This document shows, piece after piece, positions 33,892 to 38,326 of a stretch of 38,326 nt of DNA (its first letter is position 1; the number at the start of each line of letters is the position of its first letter). A program made the position numbers and the translations under genes. The DNA is from a virus (lineage: Duplodnaviria > Caudoviricetes): positions 1 through 38,326 of the IMG/VR virus record IMGVR_UViG_3300006120_000006; one strand, given 5' to 3'. Under the pieces are notes generated by a model that was not told where the DNA came from, searched no databases, and saw only the letters and a program-made list of their open reading frames with translations.

Positions 33892-35414
33892 AAATACTCT
33901 CTAACGGAATAGAAGATCGCCAGAAAATCATACGAGTTATGGACTTGGTCGAGGAGTACGTCTGCTGTACTCTCGGCCCGGGCGGTGGAGCAGTAACACT
34001 AGACCGAGCTTTTTCAGTCCCTCGTGTTACTACTGATGGAGTTAGTGTTGCTAAAGCACTTGAAGTTAATGACGATACTGAACGTCAAACACTTAACCTT
34101 ATGTGCGAGGCGGCGGCTAAAACTAATGAAGAAGCAGGAGATGCTACTACTACAACAATTTGCCTATGCCATGCTATCCCAACAGAAGCATTTAAGTATT
34201 CCGAAAACCCTAAGAAGATAAACAAATCTATCGAAAAGGCTAAGGTTAAAATCATTGACGAATTGCGAAAGATAGCTAAGCCTATCCGAACATCAAAAGA
34301 AATATATCAAGTCGCCTTAGTCTCATCTGAATCAGAAGAGATTGCTAACATTATTACCGATACATTTGAAGCAGTCGGCAAAGACGGAAAGATTACTGTT
34401 GAAGAATCTAAACTACCTAGTACCGAAGTTAAACTCGTTGAAGGCTATGAAGTAGAAAAAGGCTATGTTCACCCTTTCATGTGCAATAAGGGTAATAAGG
34501 CAGAATTCAAAGGGGTTCGTACACTGGTGATCGGCGAGAAACTATCTACAATCGCTGAACTTATGCCATTCCTAGAAAAAGCCTCAGCTACTATCAAAGA
34601 GCTTGTTATTTTCTGTACTGAAATAGACCCAGCCGTACTTAATACTTTTGCCTATAACAAGCAAGTCGGTATGTTTAATACCCTCGTAATTAAGTGTGCT
34701 TCACAGAAAAATGAAGTCCTTGAAGACGTAGCTTTAGTTACTGGTGCTACTTTCATTTCAAAAGATGCAGGTTATAAACTAGAAGAAATTACACTTGAAA
34801 ATCTCGGTAAAGCTGAAAAGATTATTGCTACAAGTGGTAAGACTATCATTCTTAATGGCGCAGGAAACGTAAAATCAACCGTAAAGCAACTAAAACAGCA
34901 ATTAGGCTCAATCACCAATGATAACGATTATGACATGGTAGAGAAGCGTATAGCTCGTTTGCAGGGTAATGTGGCCGTCATTTCAGTCGGTTCAAAGACT
35001 GAAGGAGAGACACAAGGACTCTATGACAAGGTTGAAGACGCTGTAAATGCCGTTAAATCCGCTTTAGAGGAAGGGATTGTTGAAGGTGGTGGCATGGCTT
35101 TCTATCGTGTATCACAGAAATTATCTAGTACGGATATCGGTGAAAGAATTATGAAAAAAGCTATCCTATCTCCGTTCAAGAGAATCATTGATAACATTGG
35201 ACTTGATTACGCAGACATTCTAGTCAATATGCCAAAAGGAAAAGGCTTTGATGCAGAAAATGAAACCTATGTTGATATGATAAAATCTGGTATAATTGAT
35301 CCAGTAAAAGCTACACGTTGTTCGATTGAAAATGCAGTCTCATTCGCTAAAGGTCGTTTGATAAACAAGGGAACTATTGCAGTTGTAAAAGTCCCACCAA
35401 AATCAGATGAGTAA
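33888..35414 (+). CDS. groEL: GroEL-like chaperonin
   Basis: TLGPGG, TTDGVSVA, AGDATTT, VGKDG.ITVEES, KVEDAVNA, EGIVEGGG, GIIDP. Confidence 0.93.
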   Translation: MKILSNGIEDRQKIIRVMDLVEEYVCCTLGPGGGAVTLDRAFSVPRVTTDGVSVAKALEVNDDTERQTLNLMCEAAAKTNEEAGDATTTTICLCHAIPTEAFKYSENPKKINKSIEKAKVKIIDELRKIAKPIRTSKEIYQVALVSSESEEIANIITDTFEAVGKDGKITVEESKLPSTEVKLVEGYEVEKGYVHPFMCNKGNKAEFKGVRTLVIGEKLSTIAELMPFLEKASATIKELVIFCTEIDPAVLNTFAYNKQVGMFNTLVIKCASQKNEVLEDVALVTGATFISKDAGYKLEEITLENLGKAEKIIATSGKTIILNGAGNVKSTVKQLKQQLGSITNDNDYDMVEKRIARLQGNVAVISVGSKTEGETQGLYDKVEDAVNAVKSALEEGIVEGGGMAFYRVSQKLSSTDIGERIMKKAILSPFKRIIDNIGLDYADILVNMPKGKGFDAENETYVDMIKSGIIDPVKATRCSIENAVSFAKGRLINKGTIAVVKVPPKSDE

Positions 35415-35667
35415 TTATAAAACAAATATTAGGAGAAGCGGTACGAGAACAGATAGATTTTATTCAGGAAGTCATGCTCTTGTGCGCAAAGAAATAAAAT
35501 GCCATTGCGGAAGAACCTATATCGTATCAGTCGGTCAAATCCGTAAATGCTGGCATGGTCAGGAGAATAGTCGTTACTCCGCAAGACGTAAGAGAGATAA
35601 ATACCCTAACCTTCATGCGAAAACTAAAGTGTCAATGCGGAAAACAAGTAACAGTCCTACGGTATAA
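35407..35667 (+). CDS. Hypothetical basic protein
   Basis: ORF track; overlaps the next ORF substantially. Confidence 0.35.
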   Translation: MSNYKTNIRRSGTRTDRFYSGSHALVRKEIKCHCGRTYIVSVGQIRKCWHGQENSRYSARRKRDKYPNLHAKTKVSMRKTSNSPTV

Positions 35668-35881
35668 AGACGGAAAGCGAGTATGTGATAATTGTGAGAT
35701 GAGAAATCTATCAGGTACATTCTTAAGAAGGCTAGAGTTAGAAGCAAAGTATTACGAAGCCGATATCCAGCAACCATTCAACAAAGACGGCACACCAAAC
35801 AAAAACTACGAAGAACTCTATGGCAAATACGAACCAAACAAAAAAAAGAAGAAAGACAAAGAATCAGAAGATGATGAATGA
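35555..35881 (+). CDS. Zn-ribbon hypothetical protein
   Basis: CQCG..CDNC; DIQQPF.KDGTPN motif. Confidence 0.6.
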   Translation: MVRRIVVTPQDVREINTLTFMRKLKCQCGKQVTVLRYKDGKRVCDNCEMRNLSGTFLRRLELEAKYYEADIQQPFNKDGTPNKNYEELYGKYEPNKKKKKDKESEDDE

Positions 35882-36007
35882 TCTAGCTTCTATCGTAGAT
35901 GATTCCACGACAACAGTTTACATTCCCACTCCTAAAGGTTGGAAATGCTCTAAAACAGGTTGTGATACAAAATACAAGCACATACATTCAACATTCTTTA
36001 CAACAAA

Positions 36008-36193
36008 ATGACCTACATACGACAATCTGAATTAGCCTTTATCGAATTGATCCACAGAATGACTGATGAAGCATTGTTATTTGTACTTAGTCTAAAACAA
36101 GAAATGATTACTTATGGTGAAATGCTTGATAGACTAGATAAGCAGTTTCCTAATGGGTGGACAATTAAAAACAATGACCAAACTAAAGCCTAA
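36008..36193 (+). CDS. Hypothetical protein
   Basis: ORF track. Confidence 0.5.
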   Translation: MTYIRQSELAFIELIHRMTDEALLFVLSLKQEMITYGEMLDRLDKQFPNGWTIKNNDQTKA

Positions 36194-36632
36194 AGACAAA
36201 GCATTTGCTAAAGAGTATGTACTCAATGGTGGTAATGCTACTCAGGCTGTTAAAAAGGTTTTGAAAAAGAAAGACGATAATGTATCTGCTGTTACGGGAC
36301 ATAACCTATTAAGAAAAATTAAGATTCAACAGGAAATTGCTAATGTGTCAAAGTCGTTGGCTGATATGATACCTGACGAACTGATCACCAAAAGGCATAT
36401 AGAGCTTTTGAATAAGAGGGATAACATCGTTGTCGAGGGTGAAGTGATTGATAACGGAATAGAGACGCAAGCAGTATCTAAAGGACTTGAAATGGCTTAT
36501 AAATTGAAAGGTGCGTATGCTCCTGAAAAGTCTTTGAATGTAAATGTAGAAGTAAACACTGAAAACCGAGAGAAGATGACTATACTCGCCAAAGAGATAG
36601 CTTCTAAGTTAATTGCTGATGAAATAAAATGA
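36174..36632 (+). CDS. terS: Terminase small subunit
   Basis: KLKPKDKAFAKEY..GNATQA HTH; KGLEMAYKLKGAYAPEK. Confidence 0.85.
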   Translation: MTKLKPKDKAFAKEYVLNGGNATQAVKKVLKKKDDNVSAVTGHNLLRKIKIQQEIANVSKSLADMIPDELITKRHIELLNKRDNIVVEGEVIDNGIETQAVSKGLEMAYKLKGAYAPEKSLNVNVEVNTENREKMTILAKEIASKLIADEIK

Positions 36633-36775
36633 TTAAAGTACCTTGTCAACATTGTGGAGATATCGTTGAACGAAAGAATAAAGTTCCAGCTTGTTGCTTT
36701 CCTTGTAAGAAAGAGAGAAATATCAAAAGAACACGAGCTAACAAGATAAAACATGCTAAAGCAAAAACCTCTTGA
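36629..36775 (+). CDS. Small Zn-finger protein (48 aa) between terS and terL
   Basis: MIKVPCQHCG...CFPCK; ATGA-coupled to terS. Confidence 0.5.
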   Translation: MIKVPCQHCGDIVERKNKVPACCFPCKKERNIKRTRANKIKHAKAKTS

Positions 36776-38326
36776 TATAAAACCAGAAGAGCTTGAAGCG
36801 GTAAATCCGTATCTTTTTATTAAGGGACAGGATATCAAAAGTGAGCGTGGTTTGTCTTTATCATTTCGTGATAGACCGTTTCTGAAAGATATTCTAGAGG
36901 ACATGAGTCCATATCAAGCTATCCTGAAAGCTCCCCAGATAGGCGCTACGGTTATGTTTACTATCAAGATTCTATGGGTAGCTCGCTTCTTGAAGAAGGA
37001 CATCATCTACACATTGCCTACTATGTCCGATGTCTTTGATATGGTGGGCGATAAGATTAACCGTATTATTGCTCAAAACAAAGTATTCCAAAATTGGACT
37101 AAAGACCATGACACAATTGAACAGAAGAAGATAGGCGATAGTATGATTCGTTGGCGTGGTACATTCACAACCAAGTCTGCTACCATGTTCTCCTCACAGT
37201 TAAACGTGCATGACGAAATAGACGCTTCTAATCCAGAGGTTATTATCCAATACGAAACACGCCAGCAAGCAGAAGCAGGTGGTTGGCGTTGGTACTTCTC
37301 TCATCCTAGTGTGGTTGGAAACGGTATAGACCAATATTGGGCTAAATCCGATATGAAAGAATGGTTTATTTTATGTTCAGCTTGTAAAGAATGGCAGTTC
37401 ATGGAGTGGCCATACTCAGTTGATCAGCAAAGACAATGTTATCAATGCAAATTTTGTCAGAATGAGATTACTGACCAAGATAGACGTGAGGGACATTGGA
37501 GAAAGAAGAACCCAGAAGCGGAGTTTAGTGGCTATCATATTCCACAGCTTATCTGTGCATGGATTCCTGCTAGTAAAATCATTAAAGACTTTAAAGAGAA
37601 GGAAGCTCAATACTTCCATAACTTCGTACTCGCTTTGCCTTATGCTGATAACAAGTCAAAGGTTACGCTTGAAACAATTAAAGGTATTTTGACAGAGGAG
37701 AAACAACGTAAGGGTCGTGTATTATTTGGAGTTGATACAGGTATAAAGATTCGTTGGTGTTATGGTGATATGAACGGGCTCATAGATATGGGCGAATGTG
37801 ATACTTATGAGGAGCTACAGCGTGAATGTGATAAGCATAACGACTGGATAATGGTTATTGACCAAGGCGGAGATATCATTGGAGTCCGTAAGTTCGCAGA
37901 TGATAACAAAGGTAAAGTATTTTTATGTTCATTCGTGCAAGATAAAAAGTCCATGAATCTTATCAAGTGGGGAGACGGCGAAGAATACGGCAGAGTGCTT
38001 GTAGACCGTAATCGTATTATTCAGCAGACAGTAGACGAGATGAACGACAAGCGTATTCTCCTTATGGGTAACTTAGAGAAATGGTGGAATATGTGGCTTC
38101 ATTGGTCTCATATGTATCGTATTGTTGATGAGGACAGAATGGGCAATCTTGTCTATGTCTGGGAGCGTTCAGACCGCAATGACTGGGCTATTGCTATGGT
38201 ATACTATCGAGTAGCCTATGATAGATTCGCAGAGAATGAGAGTCAGTTCGTTGGGGGTAGTGAAAGGAAATCAGTTATACCCGAAGCACCTTATCGATAT
38301 CACAACAATACGACAGATGGGATACA
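36753..38326 (+). CDS. terL: Terminase large subunit, lambda GpA-like; wraps the junction and stops at TAA 170-172 (~541 aa)
   Basis: Not in the ORF track; hand-translated from ATG 36753. Motifs: LKAPQIGAT (Walker A-like), VHDEID (Walker B), FSHPS, CSAC/CQFC Zn motifs, GYHIPQL, FGVDTG nuclease. Follows terS and precedes the portal. Confidence 0.9.
   Translation, partial: MLKQKPLDIKPEELEAVNPYLFIKGQDIKSERGLSLSFRDRPFLKDILEDMSPYQAILKAPQIGATVMFTIKILWVARFLKKDIIYTLPTMSDVFDMVGDKINRIIAQNKVFQNWTKDHDTIEQKKIGDSMIRWRGTFTTKSATMFSSQLNVHDEIDASNPEVIIQYETRQQAEAGGWRWYFSHPSVVGNGIDQYWAKSDMKEWFILCSACKEWQFMEWPYSVDQQRQCYQCKFCQNEITDQDRREGHWRKKNPEAEFSGYHIPQLICAWIPASKIIKDFKEKEAQYFHNFVLALPYADNKSKVTLETIKGILTEEKQRKGRVLFGVDTGIKIRWCYGDMNGLIDMGECDTYEELQRECDKHNDWIMVIDQGGDIIGVRKFADDNKGKVFLCSFVQDKKSMNLIKWGDGEEYGRVLVDRNRIIQQTVDEMNDKRILLMGNLEKWWNMWLHWSHMYRIVDEDRMGNLVYVWERSDRNDWAIAMVYYRVAYDRFAENESQFVGGSERKSVIPEAPYRYHNNTTDGI
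38207..38326. repeat. Terminal direct repeat (copy 2)
   Basis: Exact 120-nt match to 1-120. Confidence 0.97.

Noticed and set aside
37416-37692. ORFs at 37416-37619 and 37420-37692
   Set aside because: Both lie inside terL, which the track missed because it has no stop before the window end.
622-38326. Genome-wide stop-codon reassignment (code 25, 4 or 15)
   Set aside because: Long genes are intact under code 11, TGA/TAG/TAA all end genes with normal overlaps, and only isolated in-frame stops occur.

Overview
Apparently a complete, circularly assembled ~38.2-kb dsDNA tailed-phage genome: bases 1-120 are identical to 38207-38326, so the unique length is 38,206 bp and the large terminase gene spans the junction. 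The + strand carries a podovirus-like morphogenesis operon (P22-type portal, scaffold, major capsid, adaptor, beta-propeller nozzle, two ejection-type proteins, tail fibres), a lysis block with a papain-like peptidase, and a groES/groEL/terS/terL block. The - strand carries early and replication genes (lambda-O-like initiator with iterons, Dam-type MTase, ERF, YqaJ exonuclease, SSB, Hjc-like resolvase, NinB-like protein, RNA ligase) and three tRNA-like elements. I recognised no integrase or DNA polymerase. A-rich SD-less starts and TGnTATAAT promoters would fit a CPR/Patescibacteria-like host (inference only). Most striking observations: (1) a tail-fibre gene with a 'matryoshka' layout, six N-half repeats followed by six C-half repeats, implying nested domain insertions, interrupted by one TGA at a Gly-equivalent position; (2) two homologous tRNA-Leu-derived RNAs with extended acceptor stems and large structured insertions, one near an RNA ligase gene, plus a tRNA-like gene with an ochre (UUA) anticodon and an early ORF with an in-frame TAA; (3) perfect DnaA boxes exactly 7 bp upstream of the -35 of two promoters; (4) a terminator/antiterminator leader ahead of the structural operon; (5) homopolymer frameshifts in the MTase and resolvase. 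The four reading-frame disruptions could be assembly errors and need read-level checking. All family calls come from motif recognition by eye, not database searches.
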